From Antedon mediterranea (Eukaryota > Animalia > Echinodermata): a DNA stretch of 64,000 bases. Every line of letters starts with the position of its first letter. The stretch's first letter is position 1. The notes under the pieces are model-generated. The model made no database searches and was not told the DNA's origin. It saw only the letters and a list, made by a program, of their open reading frames with translations. This document shows positions 14,215 through 27,500 of the stretch, piece after piece. Location of the stretch: the NCBI RefSeq assembly GCF_964355755.1, contig NC_092671.1:6696001-6760000 (forward strand), given 5' to 3'. The position numbers and the translations under genes are program-made.

Positions 14215-15210
14215 ATGGATGCAATTGATATTACTATTCCTGCTGGGACATCTGAAAGTACAAGTGAAGAACACGATAATGAATGGTTGATAACATTACG
14301 ATTTGTTGTCATAGGCATTGGAATTATGCTGAATGTTGGCGTCACTGCAGTTTTCCTGTACATAAAAATGTACAAGAAGTCTCTACTACACGGTTTAATA
14401 TTTCAACAATCAGTTGTTGATTTGTTCGGTTGTTGTGCGTTTCTGTTCTTTTACAACCAAGATGCGCCAGACGGAACAGAAGGGCGTGTCTTCTGCAAAG
14501 CCAGAGCTTTATACTGGTTCATGGCACATACGTCAATTTACAATCTTGTGATGATAACAGTTGAGCGGTATATTGCAGTGGTACACCCTATTATGTACAG
14601 AAACAGAAACATTGCCAGAAGGTCCTGTTTATTTTACTTGATTCCGTACATTATCAGTTTCTTGATCTCATTTCATCTTGTGATAATCGCTGATGTCGAT
14701 AAACAGCATCCTGGCGAATGTCGTTATAGCAAAGCTGTTAGTCTTCCTTCAGGAATACTGGCTTTTCTTTTAATATTCTTCTTACCAGCATGTTTTATGA
14801 TTTACTGCTACTGTCGGATGGTGTTGCAGATACGTAGAAGATCTCGAGAAAACCTGCAACTTAATCCTGGCTATAACAAACGACCATACGTGTCCATAAG
14901 AAGAAATCTTGTGTTTACGATGTTAATCGTTGTTGTTGTATTTATCATTACTACAGCACCAAATACCATTATGTACCTAATTTATAATATCTGTCATTGC
15001 TTTAATTTCAGTACCATAATTGAACACGAGTTTACAGTGTTACTTAGCACTTGCAATATGTGTGTTAACCCTATAGTATATGGGGCAAAGATGGAAGATT
15101 TCAAACATGGTGTGCGTAAAATTTGGCGACAAATATTACATTTACACGGTGCTGGAGATGATTTGAGTGCAGTGCAGACATCTCAACATTTTTCAAATGC
15201 GAGCGTTTAA
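14215..15210 (+). CDS. Rhodopsin-class GPCR, tandem copy 4 (most diverged), about 331 aa from the first in-frame ATG
   Basis: ERY and NPIVY motifs. The upstream exon ends CTGG|gtaagt (14108-14111), the acceptor is at 14206, and the first in-frame ATG is at 14215. Confidence 0.85.
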   Translation: MDAIDITIPAGTSESTSEEHDNEWLITLRFVVIGIGIMLNVGVTAVFLYIKMYKKSLLHGLIFQQSVVDLFGCCAFLFFYNQDAPDGTEGRVFCKARALYWFMAHTSIYNLVMITVERYIAVVHPIMYRNRNIARRSCLFYLIPYIISFLISFHLVIIADVDKQHPGECRYSKAVSLPSGILAFLLIFFLPACFMIYCYCRMVLQIRRRSRENLQLNPGYNKRPYVSIRRNLVFTMLIVVVVFIITTAPNTIMYLIYNICHCFNFSTIIEHEFTVLLSTCNMCVNPIVYGAKMEDFKHGVRKIWRQILHLHGAGDDLSAVQTSQHFSNASV

Positions 15211-15534
15211 ATTTGTGAGATACTCCACACTCTACAGTTGTACAAGATACCACACATCTGACAAAAATAACTACGTTTATTGGTCAGATTTTTACCCTGA
15301 GACTTATTATAATGTTCTGATATTATCCTTTGAACTTAGCTCCCTGACACAAGGTACTTCAAAGTAGTTAATTCATTTATCACCACATTTTATTTATGTG
15401 TCCAAATTACTTTAATCAACATATGACCATTAATTGTTTAGATTAGATATTAGTGTGAACGTGATGCTACAGACAATGTATACAACACATCACTCACCAG
15501 CATAAAATAACAGAATAAAATGGTTGAATACGAC

Positions 15535-18500
15535 TTAACGGTGACTAGCACTACCCATCTTGCGTTTACCGGCAAAAAGATGTTTTGGCATTCTGTCAGG
15601 AATCTTACGATCAGACTCGCCCTTCTTGGCGTGCTTGGCAAACTTGCGTTCTTGAATTCCTTTTGCGAGTTTCCTAACTTTCTTCAATTTCTAAAAATAT
15701 AAAAAGTTTATAAAGACATTTTGACTAGAATGTGGATCTAAGATGGTCTACCTAACCACACGTACTTGAAACTACTAGAATTTAGGATTTTAAGTACAAT
15801 TATTGAACATGGTATATAATTTCAACTAAATAACAAGCAAGCATATCAGTGAACTGAATCTAAGTACATGCATTTATCGATCTAAATAAAAAGGCATACA
15901 TCGAGGGAAAAATGATTATTATTATTATTATTAATATTATTCTTTCTTTATTCTGCAGGCACTTTCAGTACTAGTGCACAGATTTTCAAAGTGGTACAGT
16001 AATTGGAAATATCAACACAAACATAATAAAGTAAAGAAAAAGAGTAATCAAAATATTAAATAGAGAAAATATACATTAAAAAATAGAAATCAATTTTAGA
16101 AAAAAATAAACTTAGTTTAAATATTGCGTATTAATTGTATTTTGGAATGAAGTTATGTTTCTAAAGTTAATTTTTTATTTATTTGGAAGTTCATTCCAGC
16201 TTTTATATGAGCGATAGGTTTTTTATTGTATTGCTTTACCATTGATAGAAACTAATAAATGTTGAATTATTAGGTAAAAGTTTTTATTCCAGGTGGGGAC
16301 AACTAAATCATTATTAAGGGCGTGTGGCGCAGTGTGTTGGACGTTGGACTACCGATCGTCAGACCTAGGTTCGAATCCAACTCTCGCCGCGCCGCATTGC
16401 TTGTATCCGTAGGCAAGATACTTTACTTACGTTGCCTCTCTCCACCCAGGTGTATAAATGGGTACCCAGTTAGATCTAGACACAACTTTGCGCTGGTTAC
16501 CAGCTGCATTATGGGAGTATGTTTCCATACGTGTTTGATCCCAAAACAAATACTGGGGTAATAATGCTTGTAAAGCGCCTTTGAGCATGATTACTCATGA
16601 AAAGGGCGCTATATAAATGTGGTATTATTATTATTATTATGGCATTGGCTTTGTGTGCCTTTAGAATGGGTTGTATAATTAAAAGTCAATTTTGAGGTCA
16701 AATATGTAGGAGCACTTTTAAACATTTAAAAGTCATTAATAGTAATTTTCCATTCCAAAGTACATTAGCTAGACCAAACTTACTTCTGGATCACGGATAC
16801 CAGAAACATCACGTGGAGGTCTTGAACTGCTGACTACACGGCCCAGCGAATCCATACGTTTCTTCTTCGGTACAACAGCACTTCTACTGCGAGAACGTGA
16901 CTTGGTGTAGTGACCCTATGTTCATATAACAAAAATGAGTAAATAATTATTAAGACAATTTTGTTGTGACAATAATGGTATAAAGCTCTGTCTATACTAT
17001 GAAACTAGTTTGTGCCCAAATATGGTAGTGATATGATGTCCTCGTGTGTATATATGGGGCACATAACTTTTTTTTGGCACATGAGGATGATAGTTTAGAC
17101 AGAGCTTAAGGATGTTTATACTTCATTTTATACATGTAATATGGCAAAAAGCTGAAATTAAACCTACTTCTTCAGCAGGGTCAACACCGAGGTCATCCAT
17201 TTGTGTTTCAAAATGTTTTCTCTTTGTCTGCAAATTTGAAATAAACAAATGAAAAATACTTAATTATTTAACCATAATAATAATTACTCCATTTTCCCTG
17301 AAATTGTTGACGTTTTGTAAAAATAATACATATTAAAAAATAAAATAAAAGCCTCAGTGGTCTAATGGTTAGGACATCTGCATATCAAGCAGAAGGTTGG
17401 CCTTGTTGAACACACCATTTATTTTCATAGCTTTTTAAAATGCCTTTATTTACAAAATGTGTGTACAAAAGAATAGAGATTTTACACATGTAATTTGAAC
17501 AATCCCCCCACTGATTAAAAAAAGTGCTTATTTTCAACAAGCTCGTGTAACACAAATAAATTCCCAAAAATTATGAAACATAGGGGAAACTATAGATCGA
17601 TAATTATTGGAATGTATGATAAATAGAAATTTTTTGGCCGCACCTGGCCTTTAAAACCAAAAAAAACCAATAGTAGCCTAATGTTTCTTTTTAACATAAA
17701 ATGAAATATGTCAAAAGTGGTGCCAATAACAAAAATTCACTTTCCTTATCTTAAATTATTGGACTCTTGTTAAGATTTTTCTGCAAAAGTAATATTTATT
17801 TATTATTAATTGACTTACAGCTCTAGCCTTTCTAGGAATCTGAGGTGCTCTGATTCTGCGTTTTTCACGAGACTCCTGAATCATCAAAGTTCTTTTTTCA
17901 CGTATCCTAAAACACCGCAAAAAAACGATACATTATTATACAAAACAAACATACTTTCGTAATACATACATTTTCATGTTATATCTGTTAGATCAAAATT
18001 CTTGTCTCCATTTTTTCATTTAAAATTAATTCCATCTATATTGCATCACTCTATGATGAATTTAACACATCCAGCACACTTTGCCATTTGATTGGTTAAT
18101 TTCATATCATAAACAATGCATTAATAGTTATATTTTTATACCCACAATTGGGGATGCATTGCACTTTTACTACAGATTGAGAGACGCCAGTGGCAGGTGG
18201 ATAATGCACAAACGAAAAAAATTTTCTTTTTTTAATTGAACAAATCTGTGTTATGTATTTGTGGATTGGAGAATATACTTTAATTTGATTTAAGATGTAT
18301 GAAAATGTTGTCTTCATAATTTGTGCAACATCTGCTGTTGACAAATCTCATGTGGACAATTCTGTGTATATATGCAGCTTGTATATAACAAATACAGGTA
18401 CACACGTGCATTCCCCCTACAGCAGCGACTGTTTTTATTGTTTATTTATAATAACACTGATATTTTAATTATAACACTTTATTTAAACATCACACTGTAT

Positions 18501-21500
18501 ATGCTGTACTTTTCTAGTTAGGCTTCACATCTTACTAGGCCTGCTAGCCTGGCCTAGATTAGTCTAGGCAAGGCCTAGCTAGGGACCACCTGCATGCTGT
18601 ATAGTAAAGTAGACAAACACGGCAGACTTTTTAGCTACGATCTATGTATTTTCATTTGATATTAAAGAAAAAAACCTGGCTAACTAACAAAGTTGCTGTT
18701 AATTTTAATTCTTATATTATTACATACTACTATACAACTGATAATACATGGTTGTTTATATGGAATACTAAACTGAAAATGTTAAAAGGTGAAAGTAGAC
18801 AAAAGAATAACATTTCAATCTGTCTGATATTTCAGCTTTTATATTTACTTTTGTCCATAAGCGAAACTCAGAGGCTGGGAGTGAAGCCAATAGGTATTAG
18901 GATGGACAAAACATACTGAATACAAAAACAATAATAACATTTGTTCAGTGTTGACAAATTATAAATAATTTTTTTGTTTTCAGATATTAATCAGTTTGAA
19001 AATGATTTATTCTTTATTACAAACATTGGTCAACCAACCTATTTATTATTTTTGGACAACTTATGGATTTAATCTGAATGTACTTATCATAAATTATTAA
19101 CTCAATTGCAATAACTTACATTGCTGCAGTTTTTCGAATCCCTGCCATCTCATCATCTTCTTCGGACTGAAATAATAGAAAACATTATCAATACATCAAC
19201 AGAATTAAGAGCAAAACTATTTAGAAAATGGTTGATGCATGTATAAATTATACTGTATAATAATCTGTGTGTTAAGCTCTGTCCACTATCAAACTTTATG
19301 TGACAAAAAATGTAATGTGCACATATATTTTTTTATTTATTTATTACGGTATATATAAAATTACAAAAACAATAGCACATAGCTAATAACGTTTGTATTA
19401 CAATAAAAAATATTGAAATGAAATCTATAAAAACTACAATAATAAATTCGGAATATACAATTACAAAATTTCACAATTATTCACTAAAATTAAAATATTA
19501 AGAATCTTAAAATATATACAAAATTTTGGAAAATACAATTGCACTTTTATTTAAAAAAAACCGAAAAATTTACATTATATGGACATGATGATGTCATATC
19601 ACTACCATATTTGGGCACATCACACTTTTTTTTATCAAACTAGTTTGCTAGTGTAGACAGAGCTTTAGACAAAAACTAAATATTAATGTATAAATGATAT
19701 GCAATAAAAAAAAAATTTCTGTTTTTTAGGACTAGAAAATATTTAATAAAAATTTCAGAATTTTCCATGTTTTCAATTACTCATATGAAACCTGAATCCG
19801 AAAAAAATTAAGAAAAAAAGAACAACAAAAACATCTTCATGCTTTAGGACCATTTTTTTAATGCGAGCTAGAAAATTGTATTAGTTAGAGGCAGTAAAGT
19901 CTAACTAGACCTGAATATGTAATACAAGCCTCTTCAGTGAACATCTTTAAGTCTAGACTTGACAACTATTTTCGGCTAGAAATGGAATCTAATAGGCACT
20001 AGCCTAAACTATTTCCATCAAACATTAAGTGTAAGTGTAAGTGTAGACCAGTAGGATAGTGAAAAAAACAGTCCACTCACTGAATCCGAATCATATACAC
20101 CAGCAGCCTCCCTCATCTCTTCCTCTTTCTCGAGTTCTGCTAGTTTTGATTCAATTTCAGGGTCAACATAATCAGCAATATTATGTCCCATCCATATTTC
20201 TGGGATCTCATCGTATTTCTCATTTTCTTTCACCAACCAATGCTGACGTAAATCGAAGGTGTAATCATCGCCCATTTCAAGTTCAATGTCGCGCAAAAGC
20301 TTGCGAGCTGGTTTGTTGGTTTCCATTGATTCACGTTTCTTCCGGATAGCTTCTGGGATGAACGGTGGTCGAACCTAAATGAAAGAGATATTATAAAAGC
20401 ATTATCATTCATTTCTGGTAGCTGGAAGTTTAATCACATATATAAACTTTTATTTGGGGTCCAAACAAAACACAGAAAAAAGAAAATGCATTGTCTAGTT
20501 ACATTTAATTTATCTTATTTCCAAAATATTTGATTTATTACAATTTAAAAAACAGAAACAAACAGAACATTAACGACAGAACATTAATAATATGTTATCA
20601 TTAAATTATGTACTTGAATTGAAAGAAAATAATCAGAAAAATTTAAACAATATTTAAATTTAAACAATATTAAACTATTTAAAAACTAGGATTTTATTAT
20701 TTAAAAACTTTCAAGCAAAAAAAATTGGTCTTTACTCAAATTTTCAATGAATGTCATCTCATTCTTATATTATTACAACTAATAATACATGGTTGTTTAT
20801 ATGGAATACTAAACTAAAAATGTTAAAAGGTGAAAGTAGACAAAAGAATAACATTTCAATCTGTCTGATATTTCAGCTTTTATATTTACTTTTGTCCATA
20901 AGCGAAACCCAGAGGCTGGGAGTGCAGCCAATAGGTATTAGGATGGACAAAACATACAGAATACAAAAACAATAATAATATTCTTTCAGTGTAACTAGGA
21001 TTTTATTAATTAAAAATGTTCATTGAGACACTATTTAATATATTGTACATACAATTACACAGCACTCACCTTCTGATCTCTTGGGGTTGGCATGGCAACA
21101 TGAAGCCTGTTAAGTACCTCAGGAACTTTCTTTCCTCGCATCTTAACATCAACTCGTTGTGACAACAGTAGATTGCATGCCTGAAAAATTACGATTTAAT
21201 ACTAATAATAATAATAACTATTTCGTGATAAATTAACATCCCTTGGCTTAAGATACACTATAAAATTGTATGTAACAACAAAATGTGTTATATATGGAGA
21301 TGATGATGTAATATCATTACTATATTTGGGTATATCACTATCATATTTTGGCACATTACACTTTTTTTGTCAAACTAGTTTGATAGTGTAGACAGAGCCA
21401 AACAGTAAAAAATTTAATACATGGAACATTCTAGGAATATAAAGAGACAACAAAGAAAAGAACTTTCTAGTTGCAGTATAGTGAGAATAAAAATAATAAG

Positions 21501-24500
21501 CCAATTGGATAATATGATAGTGATGATGATTATAATGATGATGATGATAATGATGATGCTGATAATGATTATAATGATAATATTATTAAACTTTAATAAA
21601 CAAGCGCTATTTACTGATGTCTCATAGCGCTAAAAGACCAACAAGAATTATTGAAAAAGGTGAGATTTTAGATGTGACTTGAATTGATGATTGTTAGTAA
21701 ATGTATGATTGTTACCTCAGTTTTGACATCCATCACACCTTCTTCGGTGACTGTACTCATCATCATTACTGGAATCTCTTCAGATTTAAACTGTTCTAAG
21801 AGTTTCTAAAATGATACAAAAATTGATTCCTTACTTTATACATAGACTGTAGTTTGCAATTTTTTATTTAACATTAAAAGGGTGATCAGACAGTGCTAAT
21901 GGATGCTTCACTGGTGTATCCAAGTTAGTCCAATATCTACAAGGTAATGTGACACGCCCCAGATAAACTGCCCACAAATAAAACAAGATGCAACTGTGTC
22001 TCATAGATAATCAATCTTGTGGAATTGCTATTATTATTCAATAACAGACAGTCAAACTCAACAAAAAAAAGTCAATGTGTGTCGACATCTGTTAAATATA
22101 TGTCGGCATTTTTTTCTAAGACAATTATTATAATTCTAATTTAAATGACTGAGCAATGGTAACCTTTGTTAAACTGTTTTGGTTACTGTAGGTAAAGAGA
22201 CCAGTAGGGGGTTACCCCGGTGTACTTGTTCACACACACACTGTCGTGGACAGACGTAATGGCGCCGTAGTTGGCTGCCGATGACACGATGTGACCCTTA
22301 GGGGAGAAGAATGTCTACAGCGCTCTGATCTTTATCAAATAGCGATATTTTATTTTATTTTATTTTATATATATATAAATGTCGCATGTATTTTGCAAAT
22401 GAAATGAGTTGAAAACACAAACCTGCTTTTCAGGAGAGAGTTCGTCCGGTTTAACAATATCAATCTTGTTGATAACTACTACTAATGGCTTGTTAGAAAA
22501 CAATGGCTTTATACTCTCAAATAATTCAATCTAAAAAAAGAAAACATACTGTTATACTGGGAAGAGGCTGGGTATGAATACCCAATCAACCAGTTTTAAA
22601 CAACTATTCTTATCCAGCATAATCACAAGATAACTAAACAAACCCCATCCACCTTTAACAGTTCGGTGTTTTACATTTTCATTTTTCAAATAAATTGTAT
22701 ATTATTTTTATTTTTCAAATACTCTCTGTTTTTAATAAAAATGTTGTGAAATGCAACAATTGAAACCTAGTGAATTGTAAAAAATAATGCTGTCACTTTG
22801 AAATCCTAATTGGAAGTGTCTCTAATTGCATTATCAAACTCCATTTTGCCAACATTTTAAGTTTTATTTTTCTTTTATTTTATAATAATATTAATAACAC
22901 CTCTTATTCATAGTTAAGTTATGTTTGCGGTACACCATGTTTTTCCAAAAGATAATAAAGTATGGTTGAAAATGTTTTGACGAACAGTATTCTGGAGAAT
23001 TCTATTCTTACACAAAATACTTAAAAAATATTTCTAAAAAATGTGTTTCTACTGCAAGATGTCTTGCAATAACTTTGTAACTACTGTAGGTACACTTACC
23101 TGCGATTCTATCGAGTGTCCACATTGTTCTGAAAGATCCATAAAATACAAGACACAGGCTCTGAGGTGAGCAAGAGCTGTAATGGCTTGCATCTCAATTG
23201 TGTTCCTCTCTTCAAGCGGGTGATCAAGTATACCAGGGGTGTCAATAACTTGCCAACGCAGGTAACGGAAATCCATGTGGCCTACAAAGAGAGACTTTGT
23301 TGTGAAGGCGTATGGTTCGACTTCAACGTCTGCTCTGGTCACCTAAGAACAAAAAATCACATGATAATGACATGATAACAAGTACAGAAATATTAAATCA
23401 AAGCACACCCAAAATGTCATGTACAAACCTTAAGCTCTGTCTACACTATCAAACTAGTTTGACAAAAAACGTGTGATGTGCCCGAATATGGTAGTGATAT
23501 GCTTAAATATGGTAGCGATATGACATCATCAGAGTGTAGATAGACATTTACAAGCCAAGACTGGCTTAAAGTTAATGATGTTACTTTTAGCTCAGGAATA
23601 GACACTATGACACAAGGTAGTACCCCACTAAAGGTCATGCTGTGTACATACAAAAAACTATCTACCACCAAATTCTACATCCGCCATAACAATTTTGTAT
23701 AATTTCTGTAAAATGTGCATAATTATAACAACGTCTACAGTATGCATGTGTTACGCATGTGCTCAAAACTCTAATTATTTAATATTCTGACAGAGAAACC
23801 TGCTTTCACAAGGTGAAACCTGAGCTTCAAATCAAAGGCAAAGCAAAAATAAATCTTTCAGACTTTATAAGAAATATCTAGATAATAAAAAATTTTATTT
23901 ATTTTCATATGTAGAAACAAGATTAGATTAGACCCAAACATTTAAATTTCGCATTAAAATTAAGTATGTTAACATTTACAAGTAAAAGAAATAACATAAT
24001 GAAGTGGAATCTTAAAATAAAATCCACAAAATTTAGAATTTGGATTGACCAGACAGTTCATGTAAAAATAGATGAGATTTAGACAGTGTGGAATTGATTA
24101 CCCTTCTTGTCAGCAGATAATATTAAAAATATGTTTCTGTTTTAAACAAAGTGGTTTTATTTCTAGTAATACAGTGTGTAGCTCACAGAACCACCTCATG
24201 CAATGAAAACTAAAAATATCGCCAAAGCTCCACCTACAATCATATGCTGGCCAATCACAATCCGTACAATGTATTTTTTTGAAACTGCTGACCAAATAGA
24301 TTCTTTTATTCTTCTACACATCCAAAAGCGAGTAACTAGCCAATCACAGGATAGCGAGGATAAGCGAGTAACTAGCCAATCACAGGATAGCGAGGATAAG
24401 CGAGTAACTAGCCAATCACAGGATTGGATAAACTATTTTATAATTTTTCGTGCTTATAAACTAAGTCTCATTTGAGGCTTAGGGAGTGGAGTCACGAGTT

Positions 24501-27500
24501 GAAACAATGTAAGGATTGAACACTACATCTTTATATTAGAAGGCAAGCATGTTAACCACCACTACAACCACTAAGTCTTTTTATTATGAAGCCCTGGCTA
24601 CTTCATCGAAACAGGGTCCAATGTATAAATTCATTTTACACAGAGAAAAACATATTTTATTTACGTCTGCCAGGTTATTTCGTCCCAATTTTGAGGGCTG
24701 TAGTGTAATGTCCATAACTAATAATGATAATTTGTTTTCACAGATTTCTTCACTTCAACATGCTACCGTTTTCATTCAGTATATTGTTGGTATTGTATTT
24801 TCGGCATATCTGTTGTACCACACATTATACACTTAGCGAGCAATACAGTATCCCTTTGGAAGACGGAAGAAAAAACCCGATCGTGGGACTGGAGCTTTAC
24901 ATGTCACAGTAAAGACATACCCAAAGGGACTTTGATATGGATAAAACAAAGAGGTAAATAATCTGAAATTTTGGCCATTTGGAGGTGTTGTTATAATTTT
25001 TTGTTGGAATATGATCATGAGTTGAAACTGCGTTTTTCAATATATGGTTCAAGAGTTGTATATACTGATAAACACTGTAAACTGAATTTGAATATTTCAG
25101 GAGTTTTATATTCCGACAGGGGTACATATGAGTGTATTTTTAAATGAATGTTCAAGTTGTAGGTTTTAACTTAAGCCTCCTGCTGTAGCTCATTTAATGG
25201 TAATTAAAGAACCATCTCACCATTGTTAAGAATGTTGAAACCGAAAAAACCAGTAAAAAACTGATCATGCTACATAGCAGGGAAGCACCTCTCTTTGTAA
25301 CCACCAAGTGCAACACTCACTATCTTTGCATGAAATAAAAATTCTAGGATTACAACTGTGTACATGAATAAATTCACCTACCTTGTTCATAAAACTAGAC
25401 TTCCCAACATTAGGGAAGCCACAGATGAGCAAGGTCCTCGTCATAGGGTCAATGGCTGGCAGACGCGACAGATGTTGTCTTACTTGCTCCAAGTACTGTA
25501 AACTTTGATTTTGGCGTTTCATTATTGTGCACATTCGTCCCAAAGCGGCTCTTTTTAACTGTTTGCAACGGTACAACGAGTCTCCATATTTCATCAGTCG
25601 TACATAATCTCTAGCCACGCTAGAAAAATTAAAACATTTTTGGGCATTTAAAAAGAATTACTTGCAAAATTATTCAGGTGTAATCATTTTTCTTTGTGAT
25701 GTAGAATATTACTGAAAATGGATTGCTACTATTTCAAAACTGATTTAACAGTTAGTACAGTACTGAAAAAATAAAACACTGAGTGTTAACTAAAACAAAT
25801 TTCTTGAAAGCAAAGTAGGTTTTGGTACACATGGTTTTGACATACTGCCAATCTTACATTGCCTAAGAACTTTTAAACAATACAGTATTGTTATGTTTAA
25901 ATTATTATGCAAATTAAGTTCTCTACAATCAGTTGAAGATGAATATCACTTCACAATAGTCTGTCCCTTTTATTCAGATATTAGATTCTAAATTGTTTAG
26001 ATTCTAAGTTTTCCTTTTATAAAAATAAGCCCTACAAATATATTTCTACTTAATACTGAACTGATTACTATGCTTGAAAAATATTTTCATTTCAGAATTT
26101 TTGAATGCACTTTAAAGATAATTTTATATATCTGTTACATTGTATATTATTTGGGCCAAAGGCCATATATAATAAATGTTTCTTGGATTTTGCAAGGACG
26201 GAAAAAAAAGTTTAATAACAGTATTGCTATGTTTCCTATGAAGCAGTAGAGTTATTGCTGAATACAAACAAATATTTCTCTTCAGAATGCATTGTGGGAT
26301 ACAACACATAACAACATACTTGTCTATAAGATGGCGAGCAGTGTTTATTTGGCCAAGTGCCAACTTGTAGTGATCTTTATCATATAATACATTCATCAAA
26401 TCTGCATAAAATGGATGAATATCCTGCAAAATAGAAAAACAGTAATTCATGAAACCTAACCGATATATAATATTATAGTTGGGATTAAAATGTTCATGTT
26501 GATGGTGAGAAAAGCTTTTTCTCTAACAATAATTTATATTATTGTAGTGGAGTTGTGGCTTGGTTATGATGCTTGGCTACCAATCAAAGGGTCCTAGGTC
26601 ATGTCAAGATATGTCTAATGACAAATTACAACTCCACTCGCAAAGACTTGTAATAAGAATTTGTAGAGCATCTTGTGTATATGTTTGTCTTATAAACAGG
26701 ATTGCCACCTTTAAGAAGGATAGTGAATAAACGTATGGTTATCCTTGGCTAAACAAAACATTATGACTGACAATTTATTTTGATTATAATCACAAAGCTC
26801 CCAACTACTGTAGAACAAAAATGTTATATCTGAATACAATAAAGTATGACCAAAATATAGAGGGTGATATAATTGTTTTAAAATTAAGAACAGAGAGCTA
26901 TTTAAACAAATATCAGGCATGCATCTAAAATAAACAATATGTATAATTGCAAAAGAGGAAAATATGTCAAACAGATTTTTGTTAAGTTAAACCAAACATA
27001 GCACTATCATGATGATTTTAGTATCCAACATTTTCAGGAGAAATTGTACCTTTAATGGGGTCATATAATAATCACTCAAAATGTTGCGATATTCGAGAGA
27101 TTTAAGAGGTCTGCCTAAATATATTTAAATATTTTGAAAATTTTTGATGACCAACAAAACAATTACCTCTAGTTTAGGAAAATCATTAATAATCTGTGTT
27201 AGTTTATCATGGTAGTTCTGTTGTGTATACTTGATCTTGCGCATATAAAACGCTCGAATACGGCTGATCTTGTAATGCTTGTGGACAACAGTTGGCGTCT
27301 TTCTCTGCGTCTTCGATAATACTATGTCAACAAAGTCCTACAAAAACATAAAGATGTAATATGGTACTGTGCATCGGTATGTCTCTTTTTTACTATTATT
27401 GATAAATGATTACTAGTATAATATATTATATATATATTAATGCACAAATAATGATATTCTATACCATTTTATCAGTGGCATACACTATATTTTTATTAGG

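Noticed and set aside
16645-16718. Possible additional H/ACA hairpin ending in ACA on the minus strand (similar case at about 22545-22600)
   Set aside because: Only one hairpin, no convincing 5' hairpin or H box, and no clean rRNA target.
17351-17400. tRNA-like sequence (also at about 26545-26600)
   Set aside because: A-box-like start only, with no T-arm or acceptor stem; probably decayed SINE heads.
18644-20975. Duplicated small ORFs 18644-18919 and 20751-20975
   Set aside because: They are the antisense reading of the duplicated snoRNA block and show no protein features.
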